Assembly (NCBI GenBank): GCA_031411455.1
Contig: JANOBC010000059.1
Location: forward strand, 1-47,973
Source: Limisphaerales bacterium
GTDB lineage: Bacteria > Verrucomicrobiota > Verrucomicrobiia > Limisphaerales > UBA11358
Length of the DNA: 47,973 nucleotides
Direction of reading: 5' to 3'
Within the stretch, counting starts at the first letter, position 1, and each line of letters opens with the position of its first letter. A model generated the notes under the pieces. That model saw only the letters and a list, made by a program, of their open reading frames with translations, made no database searches and was not told where the DNA came from. A program made the position numbers and the translations under genes. Below are positions 1-7,923 of this stretch, piece after piece.

Positions 1-123
1 CAAGGCGAGTTGTATTTTTTCTTCGCAACCTTCGCCAACTTCGCGCGACACATGAATTAAAACGACCCACGCCAAACCGCCGCGCCGCTTGCACTACGCG
101 GGCATTTTTCGGACACTGGCGGG

Positions 124-993
124 ATGAATGATGTCTCCGAATGGAAAATTTCCAAGTGGCCGTGTCTGCTGCTCGGCGGCGTGGTGATGGCGGTGGCGGC
201 TATCCTTGCTTGCCGCCCGGCTCATGCCATGACCCAGACGGAAATTATTCTCGCCACGGTCAGCGTCATCGTCGGCGCGCTGCTGGGCTGCCTGCCGTTC
301 ATCCTCGAATATTGCGCGGTTAAAAAATTGATTGAAGTCAACGCCGTCACCACCGTGGCCGAGCGGCTGCATGATTTGAAAACTTTTTCCGCACAGATTT
401 CCACCGCCACGGACCAATGGGCGCGTGTGCAGGAAATCACCAAGGGCAATTCGGAAAAGACGGTGGAGGCCGCGCGCGAAATCGCCGAGCGCATGACCAC
501 GGAGATCCAAGAGTTCAACGAATTTCAAGTGAAGCTCAATGACACTGAGAAGGGCGCGCTCAAGCTGGAAGTGGAAAAGCTTCGTCGCGCCGAGGGCGAA
601 TGGTTGCAAGTCGTGGCGCGTATCCTTGACCATATTTTTGCGCTGCACACCGCCGCCGTGCGCACCGGCCAACCGGAGTTGACGGAGCAGATCGGCAGTT
701 TCCAGAACGCCTGCCGCGACGCCGCGCGACGTGTGGGCCTGACGCCATTCAGCGCCGCCCCGCAGGAAAAGTTTGACGCGCAAAAATTCCGCGTGCATGG
801 CGAAGAAAATCCGCCGACCGATGCGGTCATTGCGGAAACGCTCGCGCCGGGGCTGACCTTTCAAGGCCGCCTCGTCCGGCCAGCGCTGGTGAAATTGCAG
901 GCGGCTTCCGCGCCAACGCCGCCGACAGAGATCGCCGCTGACAAAACTGAAGCGGCATCCGCTCCTAGCGAACTAAAGCTGGAAACGGATTGA
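124..993 (+). CDS. hypothetical membrane-anchored coiled-coil protein
   Basis: 289-aa ORF with ATG at 124. Two N-terminal hydrophobic helices (LLLGGVVMAVAAILA; IILATVSVIVGALLGCLPFIL), then a charged helical region and a Pro/Ala-rich tail. The antisense ORF 94..864 is Arg/Gly/His-rich and looks like a shadow ORF. No family recognised. Confidence 0.5.
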   Translation: MNDVSEWKISKWPCLLLGGVVMAVAAILACRPAHAMTQTEIILATVSVIVGALLGCLPFILEYCAVKKLIEVNAVTTVAERLHDLKTFSAQISTATDQWARVQEITKGNSEKTVEAAREIAERMTTEIQEFNEFQVKLNDTEKGALKLEVEKLRRAEGEWLQVVARILDHIFALHTAAVRTGQPELTEQIGSFQNACRDAARRVGLTPFSAAPQEKFDAQKFRVHGEENPPTDAVIAETLAPGLTFQGRLVRPALVKLQAASAPTPPTEIAADKTEAASAPSELKLETD

Positions 994-1152
994 TGGCTGC
1001 GGCGGATAATCGGCTGGTAGAGCGAGCGTCGGCGCGAGTCGCTGCCACTTGACGCTCGCGCTCGCGCGGACGCTCGCCCCACCAAATCACTCGAACACTG
1101 CTAAAATTGCATCTCCGCTTGACGCGGCTCCGGCTCGTGGTAAAACGCGGAG

Positions 1153-2265
1153 ATGAAATTTTCCCAATCCCCTTTTTCGCGCCGTCAATTTCTCCGTCAG
1201 TTCGCCGTGGGCGGCGCGGCGGTCGCCACGGGAGTTAGTTTTCCAAATCTTTTGCGCGCAGACACTGCTCTGCAAAAGCCGCTGGGCGTGGCCTTGCTCG
1301 GCCTCGGCACTTATTCCTCCACGCAGCTCGCCCCGGCGTTGCAGCAAACGAAATTGTGCCGGCTCGTCGGTGTCGTCAGCGGGCATCCAGAAAAAATTGC
1401 GAAGTGGACGAAGCAGTATTCATTGCCGGAAAAGAATTGCTACCGCTACGAAGATTTCGACCGCATCGCGGAGAACAAGGACATTGATGTCGTTTATGTC
1501 GTGACGCCGAACACGCTGCACCGCGACTTCGTGGTGCGCGCGGCGAAGGCGGGCAAGCACGTCATCTGTGAGAAGCCGATGGGCGGCTCGGTGGCGGAGT
1601 GCGACGCGATGATCGCGGCGTGCGCGGCGGCGAAAGTGAAATTGTCGGTGGGTTACCGGATGCATTTTGACCCGAATGTGCAGGAGATGATGCGCCTGCA
1701 ACGCACGCAGGAGTTCGGCGCGTTCACCAAGCTGACGGGGAATTTCAGTTTCGTCTTTGGCAAGCACGCGTGGCGCGTGGAGAAAAAACTCGCGGGCGGC
1801 GGACCATTGATGGACATCGGCATCTACGTCATTCAGGCCGCGTGCATGGCGGCGGGTGCCGCGCCCAGCGCGGTGACGGCGCACGAGGAGCCGAAGGAGC
1901 GCCCGGAATTTTTTGTGGACGTGGAGGAGGCCATCACGTTCAAACTGGAATTTCCCGGCGGCACGACGCTGGAGGCGAGGACGAGTTACAACGACCACGC
2001 GAACACGTTCCGCGCAGAGGGCGCGAAGGGGTGGATTGAATTTACGGACAATGCGTTCAGCTATGCCATAGGCAAGGTGACGACGAGCAAGGGAGATTTG
2101 AATTTCCCAGCCGTGAACCAACAGGCGTTGCAGATGGATGACTTCGCGGACTGCATCCGCACCGGCCGCGAATCCGAGGTGGGCGGCGCGATGGGGCGGC
2201 GTGATATGAAAATCATCGAGGCAATTTACGAAGCGGCGCGGACGGGTAAGCGGGTGGCAGTTTGA
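1153..2265 (+). CDS. Gfo/Idh/MocA family oxidoreductase with twin-arginine signal (glucose-fructose oxidoreductase-like)
   Basis: ATG at 1153. TAT-type signal SRRQFLRQFAVGGAAVATG. Rossmann motif LGVALLGLGTYS. Conserved EKP motif (VICEKPM). Confidence 0.85.
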   Translation: MKFSQSPFSRRQFLRQFAVGGAAVATGVSFPNLLRADTALQKPLGVALLGLGTYSSTQLAPALQQTKLCRLVGVVSGHPEKIAKWTKQYSLPEKNCYRYEDFDRIAENKDIDVVYVVTPNTLHRDFVVRAAKAGKHVICEKPMGGSVAECDAMIAACAAAKVKLSVGYRMHFDPNVQEMMRLQRTQEFGAFTKLTGNFSFVFGKHAWRVEKKLAGGGPLMDIGIYVIQAACMAAGAAPSAVTAHEEPKERPEFFVDVEEAITFKLEFPGGTTLEARTSYNDHANTFRAEGAKGWIEFTDNAFSYAIGKVTTSKGDLNFPAVNQQALQMDDFADCIRTGRESEVGGAMGRRDMKIIEAIYEAARTGKRVAV

Positions 2266-2336
2266 GCGGGGCGTTGCTTGCACTTGTCAGCGCGGCAGTT
2301 TTGGCCGAACATCTTCCCACGCGCCCGCCGCGACCC

Positions 2337-3092
2337 ATGAAAACTTTTGCTGAATTAAATTTTCCCGGACGGCTCATCGCCGTCGAAGGGCTGGACGGCT
2401 CCGGCAAGTCCACACAAATTTACCTGCTTAAACGCTGGCTCGAAGCCGAGGGCATCAAGGTTTATTTCAGCGAATGGAATTCTTCCGAGCTGGTGAAGTC
2501 CGCCACAAGCAAGGGTAAGAAACGCGAACTGCTTTCGCCGACGACCTTCAGTTTGATTCACGCCACGGATTTTGCCGATCGCTACGAACGGCATCTCGTT
2601 CCCCTGCTCCGCGCGGGCTACATCGTGTTGTGCGACCGCTATGTGTTCACGGCGTTCGCGCGCGACGTGACGCGCGGCTGTCCGCCGGAATGGGTGCGCG
2701 GCCTCTACAGTTTCGCCGCGCAGCCAGATATGACGATGTTTTTCAAGGCGGACTTGGACGTGTCGTTGAACCGCATTTTGGAAGGTCGCCCGAAGTTGAA
2801 ATTTTTCGAGGCGGGCATGGACTTGCGGCTCTCGACGGACCCTTACGAGAGTTTCAAAATTTTTCAAGGCCGCATCCTTGAGCAATACCTCGCGATGAGC
2901 AAAGAGTTCAAATTCGTGACGATGGACGCGAACCAAGACGTGCAGTCACAGCAAAAAATCGTCCGCAAGCTCGTCAGTGAAAAGATTGACCTAAAAAAAT
3001 TCCGGCGCAAAAGCCCACTGCCATTGCCACCGTCATTGCCCGCATCCGCTGGCGACGAAAAGAATGAACTGGGAGGAGACAAGGCCGCATGA
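2337..3092 (+). CDS. thymidylate kinase-like P-loop kinase, paralogue 1
   Basis: P-loop IAVEGLDGSGKST and a DRY motif (LCDRYVFTAFARD). The ORF track starts at TTG 2262, overlapping the upstream stop; ATG at 2337 (MKTFAEL) is preferred. The canonical REPGG and S..AYQG TMP-binding motifs are not visible. Confidence 0.7.
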   Translation: MKTFAELNFPGRLIAVEGLDGSGKSTQIYLLKRWLEAEGIKVYFSEWNSSELVKSATSKGKKRELLSPTTFSLIHATDFADRYERHLVPLLRAGYIVLCDRYVFTAFARDVTRGCPPEWVRGLYSFAAQPDMTMFFKADLDVSLNRILEGRPKLKFFEAGMDLRLSTDPYESFKIFQGRILEQYLAMSKEFKFVTMDANQDVQSQQKIVRKLVSEKIDLKKFRRKSPLPLPPSLPASAGDEKNELGGDKAA

Positions 3093-3799
3093 AAAAATTT
3101 GATTCCAAAAATGGACGCCGCTTTTACGGTCACGGCATTCCGCACGTCAAACCGGAGCAGCTTACCGGCAAGCTCATCGCCGTGGAAGGCGCGGACGGTT
3201 CCGGGCGTTCCACGCAACTCGTCCGCCTCGTGGACTGGTTGGAGACGAGCGGGCATCCGACGGTGCAAGTCGGGCTGAAACGTTCCACGCTCGTCAGCGA
3301 GGAACTGGAAAAAGCGCAGAACGGAAATGTTTTGAGCCGCACCACGCTCTCACTTTTTTACGCCACGGATTTTGCCGACCAGTTGGAGAACATCATCATC
3401 CCCTCGCTCAAGGCGGGCTTCATCGTGCTGGCCGACCGTTATATTTACACGCTGATGGCGCGCGACATGGTGCGGGGCATGGATGAGAAGTGGCTGAAAA
3501 ATCTTTACGGCATCGCGCCGGAGCCGGACGCAGTGTTTTACCTTTCCGTGGAGCCGAACGAACTCGTGCAGCGGAATCTTTCCAAGACCGCCACGCTGGA
3601 CTACTGGGAGAGCGGCATGGATCTCGGCCTGTCGCGCGACTTGTTTGACTCGTTCCTGAAATACCAGGCGCAGATGGGTGAGGCGTTCCGCAAGCTGCAA
3701 AAGATTTATGGCTTCGAAATCGTGGATGCGAACCGCTCGACGGATTCCATCACGAAGGAATTGCGGCAGAAAATCAAAGTGTTGCTGGCTGAAAAATAA
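3089..3799 (+). CDS. thymidylate kinase-like P-loop kinase, paralogue 2
   Basis: P-loop IAVEGADGSGRST and LADRYIYTLMARD. Shares the C-terminal ESGMDLGLS..D.FDSF motif with paralogue 1 (FEAGMDLRLS..DPYESF). The ATGA start/stop overlap with paralogue 1 lies at 3089-3092. GGGAGGAG Shine-Dalgarno at 3071-3078. Confidence 0.75.
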   Translation: MKKFDSKNGRRFYGHGIPHVKPEQLTGKLIAVEGADGSGRSTQLVRLVDWLETSGHPTVQVGLKRSTLVSEELEKAQNGNVLSRTTLSLFYATDFADQLENIIIPSLKAGFIVLADRYIYTLMARDMVRGMDEKWLKNLYGIAPEPDAVFYLSVEPNELVQRNLSKTATLDYWESGMDLGLSRDLFDSFLKYQAQMGEAFRKLQKIYGFEIVDANRSTDSITKELRQKIKVLLAEK

Positions 3800-3800
3800 A

Positions 3801-4286
3801 CTACGGAACGTTGGTGGCCGTCACGTTTGGCGGGATGGCATTTGTAGTTGGCGTCGCCGACGATTTTTTCGGCTGCTTTTTCACGAGGCTGTCAAACTGC
3901 TTCTGCTGTTCCGCCGTCAGCACCTCACGGATTTCGAGGCGCGCGGCGTTCATCATTTTCTTCATTGAGCCTTGTCCATCGGCGATGATTTTCTCCACCG
4001 CCTCGTGCTGCTCCCGGCTCAAGCGAAGTTCCGCTTCCAGCCGTTGTAAAAATTCTTTGTTCAAGATTTCGGGCAGACGCGCCGAAGGTTTGGCGGACGA
4101 TGGGACGGAGGAATTCGTTGGCGCGACCATGGCGGATCCATTGGTGGCCAGAGTTTCCACCTTGGCAACTTTTTTAGGGCGCGCGGTCTTGACGTGGTTG
4201 ACTAGCAGGCCGCCGGTGAAAACGCCCGCGCCGAAAATCAGCACCGTGGCGAGGACGATGGTGGGGATGACCTTCCAACTATTCAC
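3801..4286 (-). CDS. periplasmic LTXXQ-motif (Spy/CpxP-like) protein with N-terminal membrane anchor
   Basis: N-terminal TM helix (IPTIVLATVLIFGAGVFTGGLLV). Helical charged domain with LTAEQQKQF and LSREQHEAV motifs. GTG start overlaps the stop of the upstream ORF by 4 nt, suggesting an operon with the ECF sigma. Confidence 0.55.
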   Translation of the reverse strand: MNSWKVIPTIVLATVLIFGAGVFTGGLLVNHVKTARPKKVAKVETLATNGSAMVAPTNSSVPSSAKPSARLPEILNKEFLQRLEAELRLSREQHEAVEKIIADGQGSMKKMMNAARLEIREVLTAEQQKQFDSLVKKQPKKSSATPTTNAIPPNVTATNVP

Positions 4287-4594
4287 GGCAGTGCGGTGGA
4301 ATCATCCTGGTCAACGGAAGCCAGCAATGTATTTTCAAAATCCTGCGAGAGATCGTTGCCGCCGTCACGCGCATCCGGCGTGAACAGCGCCACCGTGCCG
4401 CAAACCACTGCCACCACCACGCATGAAACCGCCGCGCGCCACAACCCACGCGCCCACAGCACCCGGCCCGAGGCCGCCGCGCGCTCGGCGATGAGCGCCA
4501 TGATACGCTTCTCAAAGACATACGGCACACGGTCATCCGGTTTTTGCAGCCGGGCAGCGGTGGTCAGTTTTTTTTGCAATTCAGCAAGTTTCAT
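4283..4594 (-). CDS. putative single-pass anti-sigma factor
   Basis: 103-aa ORF immediately downstream of the ECF sigma gene, with one TM helix (AAVSCVVVAVVCGTVALF). The call rests on position and topology only; there is no zf-HC2 motif. Confidence 0.45.
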   Translation of the reverse strand: MKLAELQKKLTTAARLQKPDDRVPYVFEKRIMALIAERAAASGRVLWARGLWRAAVSCVVVAVVCGTVALFTPDARDGGNDLSQDFENTLLASVDQDDSTALP

Positions 4595-4644
4595 ACACTT
4601 CGTTTCTTCCGATACGGCTTTTGACGCGCAAGATTTGCGCGGGG

Positions 4645-5220
4645 TTACAAATACTTCTCCTTCGTTATCCGCGTTAGAATTTTCCGCATTTCGCCCCGGG
4701 CGCGGAAGGCGCGAACTTTCACCAGCGGCACGGACCAGCCGGTGAGCTGGGCGATTTCCTTCACCGAACGGTCTTCGATTTCCAGCAACTGAATCACCAG
4801 ACGCGCCTCGGGTGAGAGTTTTTCCATGACGCGATCAATGAGCAGTTTCGCCGCGTCGGCATCTTCCGGCGCGCTGCCGGGGTCGGCCACGAAACGTTCG
4901 AGCCAGTCATCCTCCGGCTCGGAAATTTCGCTGAAGGAAGAAATGCGGTTCCGCTGGTGGCCGCGCAGAAAATCGTAGCATGTCCGCACCGCCATGCGCA
5001 TGAGCCAGTGTTCAAAGGGAGCCTCGCTGCGAAAACTTTTTAACTTGTCGAAGGCTTTCAGCCAGACCTCCTGGACGATGTCCTCGATCTCACTCTCGCG
5101 GCGGGCATAACGGCGCGCCGTGGCAAACACGCGGGGGGAATATTTTTTAACCAGCGGCTCGAAGCTCGCCGCGTCGCCCGCGAGCACCGCCTTGATGAGT
5201 TCCGCTTCAGTCCGTTCCAT
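4645..5220 (-). CDS. ECF-type RNA polymerase sigma-70 family factor
   Basis: Region 2 (EDIVQEVWLKAFDKL, FEHWLMRMAVRTCYDFLR) and region 4 HTH (SVKEIAQLTGWSVPLVKVRAFRAR). ATG at 5220. Confidence 0.9.
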   Translation of the reverse strand: MERTEAELIKAVLAGDAASFEPLVKKYSPRVFATARRYARRESEIEDIVQEVWLKAFDKLKSFRSEAPFEHWLMRMAVRTCYDFLRGHQRNRISSFSEISEPEDDWLERFVADPGSAPEDADAAKLLIDRVMEKLSPEARLVIQLLEIEDRSVKEIAQLTGWSVPLVKVRAFRARGEMRKILTRITKEKYL

Positions 5221-5229
5221 GCGGAAATC

Positions 5230-5505
5230 TTAATCAAGTTCGAGCTTCAACCCGAACGCCGTTTCAAAATCGCGCGAGAAGTTCGCGATCGTCTGCGCTG
5301 CCTGATGCGGTTGTTCGAGCAAAATTTTGATGCGTTCCTCCGTCGTCTCCGGGCGCAGCCGCATCAACTCCGCTGCCGCCGCGATGTTCGCCAGCTTGCC
5401 GTTCACGTCATGACGCATCTCGCGCAGGCGACGATGCAGCGCCAGGATTTGATCCTCCGTCAACGCCACCGTGCCAGTGATTTTGTAGTTGCCAGACACA
5501 GGCAA
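5230..5505 (-). CDS. small helical protein of unknown function (H-box-like motif)
   Basis: 91-aa ORF 9 nt upstream of the ECF sigma gene. The track start is TTG and a GTG lies two codons later, so the start is uncertain. LREMRHDVNGKLANI resembles a histidine-kinase DHp H-box, but there is no ATPase domain. Confidence 0.35.
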   Translation of the reverse strand: MPVSGNYKITGTVALTEDQILALHRRLREMRHDVNGKLANIAAAAELMRLRPETTEERIKILLEQPHQAAQTIANFSRDFETAFGLKLELD

Positions 5506-5550
5506 ATCATCGCGGAAGCGTGCTTGAAAGCAAGCGGCTATTCATTGAAA

Positions 5551-5643
5551 CCACGGCTGGACACGGAGAAACACGGATTCCCGTGAAGAAGAATTTTTCT
5601 CTAGTTTTATTTTTATCCGTGCTTATCCGTGTCCCATCAGTGG
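5551..5643. repeat. REP-like inverted repeat built from 10-nt-phased ACACGGA units
   Basis: Left arm 5551-5578 is ccacggctggacacggagaaacacggat. Right arm 5615-5643 is atccgtgcttatccgtgtcccatcagtgg. The arms are complementary at about 22 of 28 positions and separated by a 36-nt AT-rich spacer. The element is intergenic, directly after the radC stop. Confidence 0.8.
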
Positions 5644-5651
5644 TAGAAAAT

Positions 5652-6362
5652 TCAGGAATAAAAATATCCCAACTCCTTCAACGACGAATAATCCTTCGCC
5701 CGCTCCGCCGACGCGCGGCCGATGATGAGGTGGTCCACCAGCTCAATTTTCAAAATGTGGCTCGCGCGGATGAGGTCGCGCGTCACCTTGATGTCCGCGT
5801 CGCTCGGCGTCGGGTCGCCGCTGGGATGATTGTGAATGAGAATCACCGCCGCCGCATTCGCCGTGATGGCCGCGCGAAAAACATCGCGCGGGTGAACGAG
5901 AATCGTATCCAGAAGTCCCTCCGAAATTTCTTCTACGCGGATGAGCCGCTTCCGCGTGTTGAGCAGCACCACCTGAAATGCCTCGACGGTTTTCAGCCGG
6001 TTCGTTTCGCGCAGGAAGCCCACCACCGTGGGCGGGTTGTCCAGCACCGGTGATTCCTCGCGCCGCTCCTGTTCCATCCGCCGCGCCAGCGCGAACGCCG
6101 CCACCAACGTCGCCGCCTTGTCGCGCCCAATGCCTGGAATTTTTTTTATTTCATCCACCGACGCCAGCGCCAGTGCGTTCAGTGAACCGAATTTTTGGAG
6201 CAGGTTTTGCCCGACTTGAACCACGTTGACGCCCTGCAAGCCGGTGCGCAGCAGAATCGCGATCAACTCCGCGTGCGTCAAAGCATCCGGCCCGCGCGCC
6301 ACGAGCCGCTCGCGCGGACGCTCGCTGGCGGGCTGGTCTTTCAAGCGGAAGGATTCGCTCAT
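5652..6362 (-). CDS. radC: RadC-family JAMM-motif protein
   Basis: HNHPSGDPTPSDAD JAMM motif. N-terminal ERPRERL...ELIAILLRTG helix-hairpin-helix region. The ORF track starts at GTG 6398; ATG at 6362 (MSESFRL) fits the family N-terminus. Confidence 0.9.
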   Translation of the reverse strand: MSESFRLKDQPASERPRERLVARGPDALTHAELIAILLRTGLQGVNVVQVGQNLLQKFGSLNALALASVDEIKKIPGIGRDKAATLVAAFALARRMEQERREESPVLDNPPTVVGFLRETNRLKTVEAFQVVLLNTRKRLIRVEEISEGLLDTILVHPRDVFRAAITANAAAVILIHNHPSGDPTPSDADIKVTRDLIRASHILKIELVDHLIIGRASAERAKDYSSLKELGYFYS

Positions 6363-6437
6363 GGGAAAACGTTTAACCGCCGCCTGCGCGTTTGTCACGC
6401 CCGACCTTACGAGGGCGCGGAAGTTCTGTCGCCGCGA

Positions 6438-7427
6438 TCAGGCGGCTTTTTTCACCGGCACTTCGGGGTTCACCTGGGCGATGGGTTTTTCGCCGTTCAG
6501 TGCGAGGATGAGGTTTTTCACGGCGCAGGTCGCCTGCCGGACGACGCTTTCGTAAGTGCGCGAGCCGACGTGGGGCGTGCAGACGACGTTCGGCAATTTG
6601 AGCAACGGATGATCGGCAGATGGTGGCTCTTGATCGAGCACGTCCGTGCCGTAGCCGCCCACTTGGCCGGATTTCAGCGCTGTTACCAAATCCGCCGTGT
6701 GAACAATCTCGCCACGCGCGCAGTTCAAGATCAGCACGCCCGGCTTCATCTTGGCGATGTTCTTGGCGCAAATCAGGTCGCGCGTTTCTGGCGTGAGGTT
6801 CGTGTGCAGCGAGATGTAATCGCTCGCGGTAAAAATTTCATCAAGTGTGTTCGCCCGCTTGACGCCATACTGCTGGGCGAACGCTTCATCGAAATGGTTG
6901 TCGTTGGCGATGACGTTCATGCCGAAGGCGCGGGCGCGAATCGCCACTTCCTTGCCGATGCGACCCAGCCCGATGATGCCGATGGTCTTGTCCAAAAGCT
7001 CGTGGCCGGTCTTACGTTTCCAATTTGTCTTGGCATCGCCGCTGCGGGTCGAGTCGGTGTGGAACAGGAAATTTTTCTCCAATGCGAGCAGCAGCATGAA
7101 GTTGTGTTCGGCGACGGTGGTGTGATTCACGCCGGGCGTGAAGAGCAGCGGGATGCCAAATTCGGTGCAGGACTTCACATCAATCTTATCCACGCCGATG
7201 CCGTATTTGCTCAAGACCTTCAGCTTCGGACGCGCTTTTTCCAAAACCTGGCGCGTGATCGCGTCGTCACCACAGATGTAGCCGTCAACGTCACCGACGA
7301 GCGCGAGTGTGTCCGCCTCGTTCAGCGGGCCGCGCGCGGTGATGATTTCCCAGCCGGTCTGCTTGAGCAAATCATGATGAACGCCGGGCGTGTCTTGAAA
7401 GGAAGTCGTCGTGAGTAAAATTTTCAT
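6438..7427 (-). CDS. D-isomer-specific 2-hydroxyacid dehydrogenase (phosphoglycerate dehydrogenase-like)
   Basis: NAD-binding IGIIGLGRIGKEVA; catalytic-region motifs NCARGEIV and CTPHVGS. 329 aa, ATG at 7427. Confidence 0.85.
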   Translation of the reverse strand: MKILLTTTSFQDTPGVHHDLLKQTGWEIITARGPLNEADTLALVGDVDGYICGDDAITRQVLEKARPKLKVLSKYGIGVDKIDVKSCTEFGIPLLFTPGVNHTTVAEHNFMLLLALEKNFLFHTDSTRSGDAKTNWKRKTGHELLDKTIGIIGLGRIGKEVAIRARAFGMNVIANDNHFDEAFAQQYGVKRANTLDEIFTASDYISLHTNLTPETRDLICAKNIAKMKPGVLILNCARGEIVHTADLVTALKSGQVGGYGTDVLDQEPPSADHPLLKLPNVVCTPHVGSRTYESVVRQATCAVKNLILALNGEKPIAQVNPEVPVKKAA

Positions 7428-7463
7428 GGAGCGGTTAGTCTAAAGAAGTGATGGCAGTTGGTC

Positions 7464-7497
7464 AAAAAATTAACCCCCGAACATTCGTTCGGGGGTT
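7464..7497 (-). terminator. Rho-independent terminator after the 110-aa ORF
   Basis: Perfect 11-bp stem aacccccgaac / gttcgggggtt (7472-7482 / 7487-7497) with loop attc. On the minus strand it is followed by a U-tract (plus-strand aaaaaatt, 7464-7471). Confidence 0.7.
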
Positions 7498-7521
7498 GCA
7501 AATCGTTTTGAAAATTTGGCA

Positions 7522-7854
7522 TTAAGCAGTGCCAAACGGGGTGCGCGCCATGGCACCGAGCCGGGTCTGCGCCTGCGGCGTCAGATCGGTGAAGAGCATG
7601 GAGACATGAAAGCCCGCGTGCTTGCTGCCGGTGCAGGCCACGATGACGCCGTTCGCGGAAAATTTGCTGCCGTCCACAGGCGATTGCAGCGAGACGGTCA
7701 TCTCGCTCCACTCGTTGAAGGGCGTGGGGCTGCGGAATTCAATGCCGCTTTTGTGGATGGAGACGGTATCGGTGGACAATTCCAAGCTTGCCTGCCGCGC
7801 AACAACCGTCACGGGTTTATCAAACGAACTGCTAACGAACTTTTTTGCGCTCAT
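7522..7854 (-). CDS. small beta-rich protein, possibly PilZ-like
   Basis: 110-aa ORF with ATG at 7854 and its own terminator. DTVSIHKSGIEF loosely resembles the PilZ D.S..G motif, but no RxxxR motif is present. The family call is weak. Confidence 0.4.
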   Translation of the reverse strand: MSAKKFVSSSFDKPVTVVARQASLELSTDTVSIHKSGIEFRSPTPFNEWSEMTVSLQSPVDGSKFSANGVIVACTGSKHAGFHVSMLFTDLTPQAQTRLGAMARTPFGTA

Positions 7855-7923
7855 AAAGTTGAATCACCTTAACACGTTGCGGCCATCCGTCAAACAGCGG
7901 ACGCAAAATATTCATTTATTTAT

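Noticed and set aside
94-864. 256-aa ORF antisense to the 124..993 ORF. The same type of long antisense ORF occurs throughout the window (for example 1420..2283, 6195..7418, 8937..9998, 22656..23900, 37488..38294, 44257..45387).
   Set aside because: These are shadow ORFs typical of high-G+C DNA. They are Arg/Gly/Ala/His-rich with no motifs. Each lies opposite a gene with clear family signatures (Gfo/Idh/MocA, 2-hydroxyacid dehydrogenase, PlsX, oxidoreductase/FolC, GH1, pyruvate kinase).
1119-1146. TTGACG-16 nt-TAAAAC, considered as a promoter for the first oxidoreductase gene.
   Set aside because: The -10 is weak and ends only 6 nt before the ATG, implying a leaderless transcript for a TAT-signal protein. 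The evidence is too thin to list as a feature.
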